A DNA stretch of 64,000 bases, from assembly GCA_028534125.1 (NCBI GenBank), contig CM052817.1, positions 66,838,001 through 66,902,000 of the forward strand, given 5' to 3'. The position numbers and the translations under genes are program-made. Positions within the stretch are counted from its first letter, which is position 1. Each line of letters opens with the position of its first letter. Below the pieces are notes generated by a model, which saw only the letters and a program-made list of their open reading frames with translations, searched no databases and was not told where the DNA came from. The DNA is from Lama glama (taxonomy: Eukaryota). Of this stretch, positions 36,780 to 50,385 are shown piece by piece.

Positions 36780-37535
36780 ACAAAACTGTTTCATAGCACT
36801 GGAGAGTGATCAAAAGAGTGCTGAAACTGGAGACTATATACCTGAGTGAGATTCACATATATATAACCTTCTCCTAAATCCTTGGCTGCCCCTGCACTGA
36901 GCATGCACAGGACAAGGGTATGAGCAGCTTAAGAGTGAAAAACAGCTGAAAGGCTGTAGAGTGGAGAGATTTTTAGCAGCCACTCTCCTTCTAAGGGAGA
37001 CAGAGTTTAGAGTTTGAATCTCATGAAACTAGTAAATAACTTGGGTTTTCCCAGAAGGTCTAGGCTTCAGGAGTAAATACTATGCCCAGGATTAAGAGAT
37101 CAATCTTAAACTAAGGGCAAAACTAAAATAGATCCACCCTAACAAAGTACCAAACCTCTGCAAATTTGAATGATCCACCAGTAATGTAACTGCCTGCTAA
37201 GAGAAAGCACAGCATCTTTCAGATGAAGGCATCAAGAGTCTTAACATCGTATCTCACAATATCCAGTATACAATCCAAAATTACCATACATGCAAAGAAA
37301 TAAATAGCATACACGTAAATAAACATTTTAAATGTACCCATAATCAAGAAAAAATGAGTCAGTAGGTTTTGCAGTTAACAGGTAAGGTCTTTAAAAAACT
37401 ATGATAAATATGTTAAAGCATTTACAGAAACGGATGGCTATAATGAGTTGAAAGATAATTTCAGGAGATACATGAAAACTGTAAGACTGTAAAAAATTCA
37501 TATGGAAATCTTAGAACAGTATCTGAAATCAATAT
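36780..37535 (+). mobile_element. Ancient L1 (L1MC/ME-like) 5'/ORF1 remnant
   Basis: TCCAGTATACAATCCAAAATTACCATACATGCAAAGAA, TTTAAAAAACTATGATAAATATGTTAAAG, ATGGAAATCTTAGAA motifs. Confidence 0.6.
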
Positions 37536-38314
37536 AAAAGCATTAGATATTTCGTTTCAATTCAGACTGTAAATATTTGATAAGTGCTTGATAATACTTG
37601 ATTCATTTTCTCAGTATCTCTTGTCATTTTCCAAGATTACACTTGTAGAATAAGACATTTCTTGTTTCTACTACTACTAGAAGGGAAATAATTTTTTTTA
37701 GGACCATTAAATTAGCAAAATCATTGAAGTGCTAAGTTTATATTAATTGCCGCTTTTCCTGGCCAGAATCTATTCTTGCTAGCAATTCATAAAACATAAG
37801 AATTGGTGTTGAATGCCTTATTAAAAATGAAACCAGATTTGGAAAGCCAAAATGAGTCATGATCTTTTAATATTTTATTTGAGTCATAAATTTAGAAGAT
37901 CATAAATCACTTGAGTCATGGTTTAAGACAAATAAGCAAATAAATATATAGCAAAGTTTTATTCATTTTGAAATATTTTACTCTTTATAATAAATATAAA
38001 CTTTCACATGTAATAATAATTATTTTTAAAGTAATGACTCACTTGAATAGAGGATTGAAAAATTTAACTAGCATCTGTCTTCACTTTGAAAGAAACTATA
38101 TTCATCTGGCATCCAGGAGTAATGGCAGTTAGGAGATAAAATATACCTCAAGACCTCATGAGGCTTGTAGGAAAGAAAAAAAATTGAGGGGTGAAAAAGA
38201 TTGCAGTATACTGAAAATTCAGTGTCTATGAATTTAGAAGGATCAAATTTTCACTGGTTTTCAGTCCTCTTTCAAGGGTATTTGGTAACCAGGAAAAAAA
38301 ATCTAAGGAAACAG

Positions 38315-39900
38315 ATTCATTCCTTCATCTTATGAGCATTATAGTGTTCCCGAGTTATGCTAGACACTCTGAGTTGTTCAATATCTAAAGGTGAGTAAGA
38401 CATGAACCCTTCTCTCAGTTTTGTAAAGTTTGTTGGAAGAGATAGTTGAGCAAATGGATTTTTCGTATATAGTGTTGTTAAGTTGCATGCTAGAGTTTGC
38501 CATGTGATATAATGGGAAATCATGGACTGACACTGAATACAGCTTGGGGGTGGAGGTTTCAAAGAGGCTTTCTAGAGGAAGAAGTGCCTGTGATACAACT
38601 TGAAAGACAAATAGGAAATATCCAGGTGAGAGGAGCGGAAAAGGGTTGGGAGAGTGGGGAGAAGAGTGTCCTAGTCACAGAAAGAAAGTATGCATAATTC
38701 ACAGCTCGCTCTAGGAATACAAAAAGTTTGACTAACTGGGATGCAGTGCGTAATATAAAATATACTGATGAAGAAAGTGAGAGAGAGAGAGATGGAAGTG
38801 AGATTAGGGAGGGCCAGAGAAGTCATTAAAGAATTTTAAGGAGAGTATTAATAAATTCAGATTTTAGAGACAATACTTTGAAGGTAGAATCGATTTTATT
38901 TGAATCAGATTTAATGGAAGCAGGAGGATCTTTAATTGACAAGTATACTAATCCAGGCAAGAAATTATGTAGATCTAAACAAAAGTAGAGAAGGGGCTTA
39001 GGAAAGAAAAAAATGTATTTGAATGCTTTTGGAGTTAATCTGAAGCACTGTCACTGACTGAATTTTGGTTGAGGAAAGAGATAGTTATAGATTATTTTGA
39101 GTTTCTTTTTGTCTGGGCCACTCTATGGGTATTAGTAATATTCTATGAAATGGGAAGAAGACTTTCCAAGAATCAACAAAGATGGCTATTTCATTTTGAC
39201 AGGCTTATTTTGAAATTTCTGTTGTACATGGGGTACAATGAGAGATGGTCAATAGAATTTTAATCTGGAGCTCAAAGCTTGGACCTCAGAAGAGAAGTCT
39301 AGATATGGGCGTATTGTAAATGTAGATTTGGAAATAATTTTCGAAGATGTTGATGTCCTGGGAGTGGATGAAATTATCTAAATAAGACTCTATATGAAAG
39401 CTATAAAAATATGAAGAATAGGCTTTTGGGGTAAAGATTAGCATGTAAATAGTAGAGGAAGAAAGGCCAGAGAGAGGAATGGCCTGAGGAGAGGAAGGAG
39501 GCAAATACCATGGAAGGAGAGACTTCTCATGGTGGGAGTGATCAGAAGGTATCTATTGTGTCATTCTGGTCAAGGACTGAATATACCCCATGAATTTAGC
39601 AACAAAGAAGGCAATGGTAGCTTTGGCAAGGGTAGTTTGTGCAGAATGGCTTGTTGGAAGCCACAAAGCATTAACCAGAGAGGCGGAAAAGATTGGTAAA
39701 CAAAGGGAGAGAGCAAATGTAAATAACACAAGATGGAAGGAGATGTGAGTGTGCTTACATTTTGAGAGAGAATCATAGTGAAGTGAAAGAGGTCATGGTT
39801 TAGAAGACAGATGGTTTAATTGATGGATGACTACTCTTGAGAAGGAAGTGCCAAGGATCTAGAACACAGGTAATGAATGGATCAAGAATGTGAGAAGACA
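38315..39900 (-). mobile_element. Long L2 LINE fragment
   Basis: TTCATTCCTTCAT tail, AGAGGCTTTCTAGAGGAAGAAGTG, TAATCCAGGCAAGAAATTATG, TCTGGAGCTCA...GAGAAGTCTAGA, GGGAGTGGATGAAATTATCTA, GAATTTAGCAACA. Confidence 0.75.
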
Positions 39901-42900
39901 GTGACCAGAGAAGGCTGCAGCAGCTTGATGAGGTGTGCTGACAGTGAGCCTAGTCAGCAGTCTGGTGGCCACTTGAACACCCAACCCCACAGTGAAATGA
40001 ATCCAAGTATGATACAGAAGAGCTGTGTTGCTGTGAAGACATGGAGCTCAGTTGCAAAGAGCAATCAGAACCAGAAGAGAGCAGTGTCAAGGTAATTAGG
40101 GAAGGGTATTCATCAGCTTTAAGGAATCACACTTCCAAAAATAAAAGGAAATGCATATTAAAGTTTTAAACAAAATGAATTGTAGGGCAGAGTAATAAGT
40201 AGGAAAGTCATAACGTCATTTGCTTGATCTACCTGCTCTCAAATCGGAGTTATACCTACAACTCTCTTGGGTAAGGAATTCAAAATGAATAGATTAATTC
40301 TTTCTTCTAATACTTAAAATTAATATAAATAAAGCTCTAAGCTTTTTTTTCCCCTACTCAACTATATAATCTGGTACTTCGGTGGGATGAAAAACATGAT
40401 TGTGTGGAAAGCAACTGACTTCAGAGAAATGAGACTCTGATCTGTGCTGTCTCATTACCCAGAGATAGGGACTCTGTGACTTTCCCCTAAGACTTTAAAA
40501 AAACATGAACAAATTCATGTGCTGGAAACTAGTTCCTTTTGCCTATGACAGATTTTGGGGGGTTTGGTTTGTTACCACAAAATATAATAGAACAGTGATT
40601 GATATGCCTTCTATGTATTAAGAAATTAGATTATTATAGCAAAATGCCTCTGAACTATGCCTCCCATTTCAGGTTATGGGACTCAAGGAAGGTATGGGTA
40701 AAGACCTTCGTGTTTGACTCATTTGTTCAAAGCTGCCTAAATTCTCAGATGTCTCAGAATTATAAAGTGTAGGGTCCTATTCATTGTGTTACAGGTGATC
40801 CTTAAATAAATGTAAATTTATTTATTTATTGCCTCAAAGCACTGGAGTTTGCACCACTGTACTGAGTCCTTCCTGGTCAAAATAAGTGGTCTGGTAATGA
40901 AATGTTGCAGGAGAGGCTCATGAAATCTTATGTCCAGGAGGGAGACAGGTATTGTAATGATGGAGAACTGGCTTGTATTTTCAGTCAAGTGAATGAAAAA
41001 GTGTCTTCTATTTCTCCATAAAGCCTTGTTTAAAATAAAACAATCTTCCTTGTTCAAGCTGGATTAACTGTGACACACAAGCTTATGGTCACCAATTATT
41101 AGTTTTCAGGCACTGTGTGTGAAGGGAATTATTATCCCATACTTGATCTCCTGCTTTTTAATCAGCATGGGTAGCATACTGGAGTTTCTGTTCCCTTTGG
41201 TAGGCAACTACTATTGTGTCTGTTGTTTTCAGTTATTTTAGAATGCTCTTTTCCTTTACAGATTTAATATGCAAATCATGTATATATTCCTTTGAGTTGT
41301 CAGTGAAAATCATTCTCATCTGGGCTTAGATGGCTGTGGCAAAAGGCTTTAGAAATCCCTGTTTCAGAGATTTGTATAATTTGTATTTCAGATCATGCTG
41401 GAGAATGATGAAACAGTGAGGCAGAAATAATCTGAGGATAAGACCTGAGAATCCAAAGGTAAGAAGTATTCACAATGTATTATTTCACCCATTCTAAATA
41501 TCTCCAAATAAAACACAGGTTTCGGAGAAATACAAATGATTTGAAAAAAAATCATAAGTTTGGAAATACAGTGAATGAAGTATACAGAAGTACGGACTAT
41601 CATAGTACTTTTGGGATCTACTACTTAAGCAAAGTAATAGTTTCTCTGAAATCTTTTCAAAAAGACATCTGTAAAGACTTGGAACAAGTAATTAGAATCA
41701 CATGCATAAAGGGTTCACATACGACAGAAAACAACTTCTGTTTATGATCCTCTCCTGATGTGAAGGAGAGTGAAATTGGGTCTATGTCGAATATTTTGTT
41801 TGCTGAGAAGGATAATGGATATAGATGGAGATTTGCACGTTTGGAATTATTTGAATCATAGGAACTGTGCTGCAGTTTGAATTGTAGGAACAGTGCTAAA
41901 TTTGCCTTGAAAAATGATGAGTGAGTGGTCTTTCTGCGGCTGAGAAATAGACCAAGGAGAGGCTGCAAGAAGGAAAGGTGAAGAGGGAGAAGGAAAGTGG
42001 GGGAGGAAGGTAAGGAGGGAGGGACACACGATTGCCTGGGGGCTGACTCGAGAGGATGTGCCAAAGGAGTTTTGTGTCCTGAGAGGCAAGTTCTCCCATT
42101 GGACAAATGTACAAAATTTACACTTGTCATTGAGGACACATAAAAATAAAAAATGTGACACACATGAAGTTAGTTAAAATATAGGTCATATAAATAATGG
42201 TAAATGAAAATAGTAGGTTACTGGGAACTAGCTATTATACAAAGCCAAAGGAGTACGAATTCCTTCCAGAGCACTCTGGGGCGGTGGACAGGTATCGTTC
42301 TAGGCACTTTAAAAGGCTGCACTGTTTCTTGCTGCAAAGATTATGAAAAGATGGAAAGTCAAAATAATTTCCGAAGGAACTGTCTCCTCTAAGGTAGGAA
42401 TGAAGAAAGAGGAGTAGAGGACAAAGAGGAAACAGAAGGACTCTGAAAAGCAAATTGCCTCCTGGGGATGAGATAAAGGAGTAAAATGTTCAAATAAAAC
42501 AAGCAGAAAAACAGTCTCCTCACCTTTCTTTCTGCTTAAGGATAAGCCTGTTGGAAGGAAGGAGAGGCACATGAGCCGCCCTGGTCCTTCATTAACAAGC
42601 ACTCCCACCTTCCAGGGAGCCTGTAACTTCACAGCAGGGCAGAAGTCCTCCTTGGTGCCGGGAAGCCCTTGACTGTATCAACCCCTGCGTCCTAGCTGTC
42701 ACCCAAAGGGACACTAAGGAAGAAATGTATTATTCATGTATTCTTTGGGTTTTAGAAAGAATTTTTGTTTTTAGGAAAAAAGATTTATAACTGTGGACAG
42801 CCTGGGGCAGAATGGGAGGCATGTGGAAATATTTGCTTGGCTAGTAAATCTGTTGTGGAGTTATGCACCACTTAAGCCTAAGAGTATACCCTGACTAGCC

Positions 42901-45019
42901 ATCATTCTGTTAACAGAACCTCTCTATTAATTATTTTACTTGGCCAGGAAGTTTATATTTGATATTAATAAAGTTAGTCCGGCAAAACACTGAGGTGATT
43001 TTTCCCTCTATGAAAGAAAGAAGACTTTCTGTTTGTTTGTTTTTCAGCATAGTTCAATGTTAAGGGAATTTGGAATTTTGCAGTGAGAAATAAATGCATG
43101 GTATAAATTCTTTTTACTAACATCAATTTTTGGTTTATTGGAATACTACATCAAGAATCTATACAACAGGGAAAATCCTATTTATTATTTTACTTGTGGC
43201 AGAGTAAGAAATATTTTTATTTAATGAAATATGGAAAAGTTTCAAGAACAGTTTAATTTATTCAAGAATAGATAAGTAGACCTCATTTTTAGTTCTGAGG
43301 CTATTAAGATAGTCCTGGAGACGTTGACTTTGTCCTGAAGATTCAGACTAAAATCTTTCCTTTGTGTGCTGGGTCTCTGGGCATAGTATCAGGTTGGAAC
43401 TCAGGAAGCCTAAAGTCTAGAACTGGTTCTCCTTTGAATGATTTCTGACCTTTTGCAAGTCATGTCACATGACTGCACATTTTCTCATGTATAAATTGAG
43501 AAGGTAGCTGACTCACGAAACTTTACGTTTTCAGTTGTTTATTAATTCACCATCCATCCATCCATCCAGAAAGCACCATGCTAGGCACTGAGGATACAGT
43601 GGTGAATAAAGCACATCTCTTGCTCAGTTGTCTACAGTAGATCTAAGAATTTACCTGTGATAAAATGCCCACATTTCTTAGGGAAATTACCGAGGACCAT
43701 TTAAATCTAACCTAATTTTAAAGCACCTTATTCTTTCCTCCTCTATTTTTTGTATACTTTTGAACTTATTTTTAAATGAGGTTTAATTGTAAACTGGAGA
43801 ATTGTAAATGGTTATTAAATGATACACTGTTGTTGACATAAGTGAAATTTCAATTATTCACACATTGTCTAGTTAAAACTATTTAAATTTACATTAAAAA
43901 CTACTTGAGCAAAGTAAAATAGGATAACATGACTGACATTTAGAAATAGTCATTAGTCTTAGCAGAGGGAAGAGACAACACATTTGTGGAGAGTTACCTT
44001 TGTCAGATTAGAAATGGAGAACATTGAAATAAATTCTGACAAGAATCTTGCCAGCCTAAAAGCTGCACTGAAAGCTGGATGAAAGCTCATGAATAAAGAA
44101 GAAAATAATACATTAAGGACAGAGACCAATCTGTTTCTAGATAAGGGGTGTCATATAGCAAGGGAGAAGAGCACTTTGGCTTTAAATACAAGATCTAACA
44201 ATAGATCATTCCATTATAATGGATCATTCATAGATAACTGAAGGAGGTGAGGTGTACTGTGAATTATGTGGACAATAGAATTAGAAGGATTTAGTTTATA
44301 GAAGGAATTTTTCTTCTTAAAATTTATATGTTGAGTATACATTATAGAAAAAGCTAAAGTGTTAGAATGATGGTATTATGACTTGTTCCCCCTCTTTTTT
44401 AACCTCTTTTATTGACATTACAATGTACTTTAACTATAAAAGGAGGAAGAATGGTAATGGATTAGATCCTTGAGTTTAGTTTTAGCTTGGGTTCCAAGTC
44501 AGATTGCTCTGCTTACTTGACACATAATTTTTAGCGAGTTGAACTCTCCAAGCCTTGGTTACATCACCAGTCAGCTAGTATGATAATACCTCAGACTGTT
44601 AATGAGGCTACTAAATTAAATAATGCATTTAACTGACAGTACTTAGGCATATGGTCTTAGTATGCCTTATAATGAAAAATAATTAACCAGATAAAGAAAC
44701 ATTGAACATCTGGAGGAAAGTATATCTAGATTTTATAATCTTAATGCCCACTTGTTTCTAAATAAATAAACAAAGATCCATGGTAGCTTATGGACTATGA
44801 ATTTAAATGAAATTATTTCCTTCTTCAGTTGAATCATTTAGAAAATCACCAGATGGTTTCTTGAACTCATTATCTTAGAGTTTAGGTTAGTTGTATGTGC
44901 TCTATTTTTCTGGCCAGAGATTTCCCTAAGTTGACTATTTTTCCAACAAATGGAATCTTTTGAAATAGAAACTGGAGTAAGTCTGTAAATATGTCAGTAT
45001 CAATCAGTCTATCACTTTG

Positions 45020-45083
45020 AAAATCAAAACCACAACGAGATTTCACCTCACCCATGTAAGAATGGCTATTATCAAGAAGTCAA
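45020..45083 (+). mobile_element. Isolated 64-bp internal L1 ORF2 fragment
   Basis: Translates KIKTTTRFHLTHVRMAIIKKS, compared with L1 ORF2 QIKTTMRYHLTPVRMAIIKKS. Confidence 0.75.
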
Positions 45084-45699
45084 TGTATCCCTAAACTGAA
45101 TAAACAACTATAAAGTCATCTCTTGCTGGCAAAGGGTCAGAAGCTAAAATACTACTTATTAATATTAACCCAAGCTGGATGATGATGATGGAAAATGAAA
45201 TAGGGACAGAAGACAAATGGTATCCACTCTCCTGCTTTTGAGAGCAAAAAAATAGTTGTGTGAACTGTCAATTAGCAGCTCATCTTTTTCAAAGGACATT
45301 TTGTTAACCTTTTTTTAACTGTTAATCTCTAGTAAAGAGGCTATAGTGTTATCAATGGATTTTTCTGCATTGGTTTAAAATCTTCTTTTAACTAAATTAG
45401 AAAGAATAAAAGGTAGAAATGATGAAATAAAGAGAAGCTGAGAGGTCTGGCAAAAGAATTTTTCTCTACTCCTCTGACCTGGGCTTCAGGTGGCTGAGGG
45501 TGTGGAGATTTGGAGGGAAAAACAGGAGATGTGAGTAGAGGAATTTGTGCTCACCTATATTCATAGTAGGTGACACAATTATTGTGTCGTCAGAGGGTGT
45601 GATAGAATGTTCTTATGAACATTTCTAATCAGGGTACAAAATACCCTGTGCTGATAGATTAGAGATGTATGAAATGTTCTGTAATAGCGTGTTATCTTC

Positions 45700-46000
45700 A
45701 TCAGCATACGTAAGCATTCTCTCTGCTGGACCATACCTCCAGCTGCATACAGACCATTTCCATCTTGCTGGATTCTCCTAAAATGAATTTATCTGCTTCA
45801 TCCAAGATTGCTGCATTTTCTCACAGGTTCCATATTTCTTGTCAATAATGTCCCAATTTTCTTAGCGATTGAATCTTTAAATAGAATTTTTCCATTTCTT
45901 CTCCCTCAGTCTTCAAATCTAATAAGTCACCAAACTGATGATTATTTGGAAAGTTTTCCCACTGATCCCTTTCTATTTCACTGTTAACTTCTCCAGCTTC
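45700..46000 (+). mobile_element. L2 fragment
   Basis: CCAGCTGCATACAGACCATTTCCATCTTG, TTCCATATTTCTTGTCAATAATG, CAAATCTAATAAGTCACCAA. Confidence 0.5.
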
Positions 46001-46879
46001 AATGTTTTCGCTTATGTATCTCTGAAGATAAAACCCTTCCTATCTATCTTAGAATATTCTTGTTAGTGTTAAGCAAAATACTGTATAGACTGTGTTCTAT
46101 GAAAGTTTATAAAATTGGAAAATTTTTTCCTTATAGATTCTGAGCTAGTTTTGGACTCCATTATGCTATGTACACTATGTGTAAATACGTTATGCATATT
46201 TCATATGCATATATACATCTTTGTATAATATGTATTATATGTATTATACATATTCATGTAAGTAGTGGACACAGAACTACTACATATAAACAGTATTACA
46301 GTGCACTAGAAGTTGATACTATTTGTATTAATGCTTCCTGTGATTTTCCTCCCTGTTTTCTGTCCCATTAGTACTCCTATGAAACACTTACTTAAGCATA
46401 TGTCAAAGCACATAGTTCTTTGCTCCAAATAGATAGGGCTGGGGTAGAAGAAGAAGGAGATGGAGGGGTGGCTGAGACTGGAAAGAATAAAGTGTAGGGA
46501 CCGAGATCTTACCAATTAGAAGAATAAATTTTATTTTCAAGTGGAGGGGACTCCGTGCTGAACTGACCTTAAGTGTTGGTCTTTCCATCCCAAACCCTGC
46601 ATAATACATCACTTGCAGACACCAGTATAATATGGGTGACTGGTTACTTGAATGGGGTCAAAATTGTGAGGGAAAACTTTCACTCTAACTAAAATCTACT
46701 ATACAGAACCCATTAGAAAATTTCCTATGACCTTGGCCCACTAATATTTCTGACTGAAATACATCCTCTTTTATAGGATTTTGTAAGGTTTAAGTAAAAT
46801 CATTTGTGCACAATGCCTAGTACATATTAGATTTTAAATAAATATTTGATGAATCTCAATCATGGGTATTTATATTTGG

Positions 46880-49080
46880 AAGAGAACTCAGAGGTAATCT
46901 AGTTCAATCTTCTCATTTTACAAATAAGACAATGAGCCCAGAGAAAAGTGGTGATTTATACAAAATAATGCTGAAATATAATACTGGCATTCATCTGTCC
47001 TGAGTCACAGTTCTCTTTCCACTGAATTACAAAACTTTGCATCTCTTTTGTTTTGTGTCATCATATCTATCACTCTTCTTCCTAGTTTTCTTTCTGTCTT
47101 AGGCACATATAAAACATCGTGCTCATTTGACTTTACAAACCTAGATTTTCTCCAAATATAAGAAACAATTAGATTTATACTTGTCTACTGATACTTGCCA
47201 GTGGCAATGTATTTATGGTAGAATTGCTTTAGTTGCAGCAAAACCATCAATATCAGGATGCTTTAGGGTGTTATATTAACTAAGGAGAATTTGTTAGGGG
47301 GGATTGTGTATTGCTTTTATTCAATATACATTAAAAGGAGCTTTAGCTATATATTGAGCTGATTTAGTTTTTAACTATCAAAAACATATTTTAGTGTACA
47401 TTTTTGCATATCTGAAATAGATGCCTTCTCATTTTCGTTACTGCATGTAGTCCCAGTTTACTGATAAATTGTTTTCTAAGAATTAATTTTTAAGCTGATT
47501 ACTGCCACTGGAAATAAATTTTAAGTTGACTGTTGGTACTGGGAAATAACTTTTCCTTAAAGACAATGTTATATATTTTGGTTAGTTTAATCTATAAAAG
47601 CTTTTAACTCAGAATATGTCAATAAATAATACAATAATATTATTCAGTTGTACTACTGGTAATTAAACAAATAGAAAAATAAGAAAATAATTACTTTGTC
47701 TTATTTACCCCCACCCCCTTTAAGCAAAGTATAGAAATGATCAGTCTAATAGGGAAGTGAAGAACACAGTCTCTAGAATCAAGACTTTCTGGGTTCAAAT
47801 CCTGACTCTATCATTCCATAGACTAGGCAGTTACTTAACTCATCTAATGACTGTTTCTTCATCTGTCAAATGAAAATAACAATAGTGCCTCCCTTCTGCG
47901 GCAGTCAGAATTCAATTGGTTAATCTATTTAAAGCACATACATCAAGTCTCTGGCACATAACAAGCATAATAAGTGCTAGATGCTTTTATAGAGCTATCA
48001 CAAGCATTATTCCTTTTATTAGTGATAATAGTTAGGTTTATTTTGGTCTCATGAATAGATGAATGTAACTGCAGGTTGGAATCGCATATTCATGAGCATT
48101 AGGTACCAGACACTTTAATACATACATTATCTTGATTAGCCCTCATCCAAAAAGATTTCAAGAAAAGAAATAAGACTTCAGTATTTTATAAATGAGAAAA
48201 TGGGCAGAAGATTGGCCTAGGGTAGCTGCCGGTTCTTTGCAGTTCCGTTTAATGGAAGGAACAATGGTCATCTTGCATTCCACAGGACTGAATGGACTCC
48301 ACTTGAAATATTACCAGTAGTATGAATTTGGGTACTTTTCACCTTCTCAGAGCTTCAGTTTTCTGATTTGTTAAAATGAAAGAAGATAATTTCCAGCAGC
48401 CCTACCTTCAGGGGATATTGTGAAGATTGGTACAGTTAGTGTATGAGAATGCACTTTGTGTAATTCAAAAAAGACTTAAACATAAAGTACCATTCTAAAA
48501 CTTGGTCCTTTGAGCTAGTTCTCTAAAAGAACACAACTCTAAAAACCTTCATCCAGGATTCAAGTCCAAGTTCTGCTACTTAACTAATGTTAAAAGTTTG
48601 AGATTCAGTTTCATTTTTCTATAAAACAAGAAAAATTCACCTAGATATTTTGAGAATTAGTATTTATGTAGAAGTTATTTACAAACTATGAATCACTATA
48701 AAAGGTAGGTCAACATTATGTCTAAAAGATAAAAGGCCAGTGTTACAGGCCAGTTTTCTACCTCTGTATTTTTCTACTACCTGATGCTTTCTGAGTGCCA
48801 TAGTGCTGGCGTGTATATTCACAGGAACGTGCCTAAAGTAACAGGTGCCATTTACTGAGAGCAGTTCTATATGCCAGGCACCTTTTGAAGTACTTAACAT
48901 TTATTGCCTCATTTAATCCCTATACAACCACGTGAGTATGCATTATTATCATTTTCATTTCATCTTACAGGGATTGTAACCTCTCTGAGGCTAAGATAGG
49001 TTATATTACCCAAGATATTTGCCAGAGTCAGCATTTGAACTTGGCACACTAAGAGTCTCTGCTTCTAGTGATTACATTCA
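46880..49080. mobile_element. Cluster of several MIR fragments in mixed orientation (about 46880-47030 -, 47740-47990 +, 48080-48230 -, 48290-48500 +, 48850-49080 -)
   Basis: Repeated MIR cores, e.g. CTGGGTTCAAATCCTGACTCT...GGCAGTTACTTAACTC...TTTCTTCATCTGTCAAATG and CCTCATTTAATCCCTATACAACC. Confidence 0.7.
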
Positions 49081-49184
49081 CTTGTCTAAGTGTAACAAAA
49101 ATGTCATTCGTTTATCTGTTCATCAAACCATTCGATATTTCCTTTTCTGAATGTTTAGTGTCTAATTCTCTCAAACTTAAAAAA

Positions 49185-49600
49185 TATAATCTAATTCCAT
49201 AAACAAAAATCATTTTTAAGTAAGCAAAATGATTTTTATGTAAAAATAAGCAAGAATGGCTAAGAAAATTTTGGGAAAAAAAAGAATAAAAAGAGTGGAG
49301 AGTTGCCCTTTTAGATATTAAACTATGTTATAAGGCTTCATTAATTTAACCAGTGAGATGATAATGCATGAACAACCAGATAAAACAGGGTAGAAAGCCA
49401 ACAGAGCTTTGAACACATCGGAGAATTTAGACTATGATAATTGTAACATTTGAAGTTAATGTTGAAAAATGGATTACTCAAAAAATGGCAGTAGATACAA
49501 CAGGAAGTTATCTAAAAAATCAAACTGGGGTCTCATTCCACAATTTACCTAAATAAACTTCAGCTAGATCTAAAACAAACACATTCTGAAACCACAAGAA
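49185..49600 (+). mobile_element. Ancient L1 (L1ME-like) ORF2 fragment
   Basis: GCAAGAATGGCTAAGAAAATTTTGGGAAAAAAAAGAATAAA..GGAGAGTTGCCCT..AGATATTAAACTATGTTATAAGGCT, the ARIAKKIL...LALPDIKTYYKA region. Confidence 0.7.
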
Positions 49601-49726
49601 GATTTTGATTCAACCTAATCTATCCATATAAAGAGTGATCTTATAAAATTGACAATAATTGATACTTTTCTCACATGCAAGAGTATGTTCTGAAGTATTG
49701 AGAATTTTAAGATAGTAGTTCAGGAT

Positions 49727-50385
49727 CATTCTTTTTGCATGTGGCTCTCCAGATTTCCCAACACCATTTATACAGTCCTTTCTCCATTGTGTATTCTTGG
49801 CTCCTTTGTTGTAAGTTAGTTGACCATGTATGTGTGGGTTTATTTCTGGGCACTCTATTGTGTTCCATTGATCAATGTATTTATCTTTAAGCCAATACTG
49901 TATGGTTTAATTATTGTAGCTTCAGAATGTAGTTTGAAATCAGGAAGCATGGTGCCTTCAGCTTTGTTTTTCTTTCTCAAGATTGATTTGGCTATTCAGG
50001 GTTGTGGTTTGTGCGTGTGTGTGTGTGTGTGTTGTGTGTGTGTGTGTGTGATTCTATACAAATTTCAGAATTATTTGTTATACTCTGAAAAATGCTATTA
50101 GAATTTTGATAAGAATTATATTGAATCTATAGATTGCTTTATGTAATAATGACATTTTAACAATATTAATTCCTCCAATCCATGAGCACAAAATATCTTT
50201 CCAGTTATTTATGTCTTCTTCAATTTCTTTCATCACTGCCTTACAGTTTTCAGTGTTGGTTAAGTTTCTTCATAGATAATTTATTCTTTTTGACTGAATT
50301 GTAAATGGTATTGTTTTCTTAATTTCTCTTAATGATAGTTTACTATTAGTGTATAGAAACACGACAGATTTCTGTATATTGATGT
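49727..50385 (-). mobile_element. L1 ORF2 internal fragment containing a (TG)n microsatellite (about 50010-50050)
   Basis: Antisense ORF2 encoding INIQKSVVFLYTN...KKTIPFTI; TTTCCCAACACCATTTA, GGGTTTATTTCTGGGCACTCTATT, CCTCCAATCCATGAGCAC. Confidence 0.88.

Noticed and set aside
41657..42163. 168-aa minus-strand ORF, the longest in the window
   Set aside because: Non-ATG start, low-complexity Pro/Ser/Leu content from a purine-rich tract, no recognisable homology or exon context.
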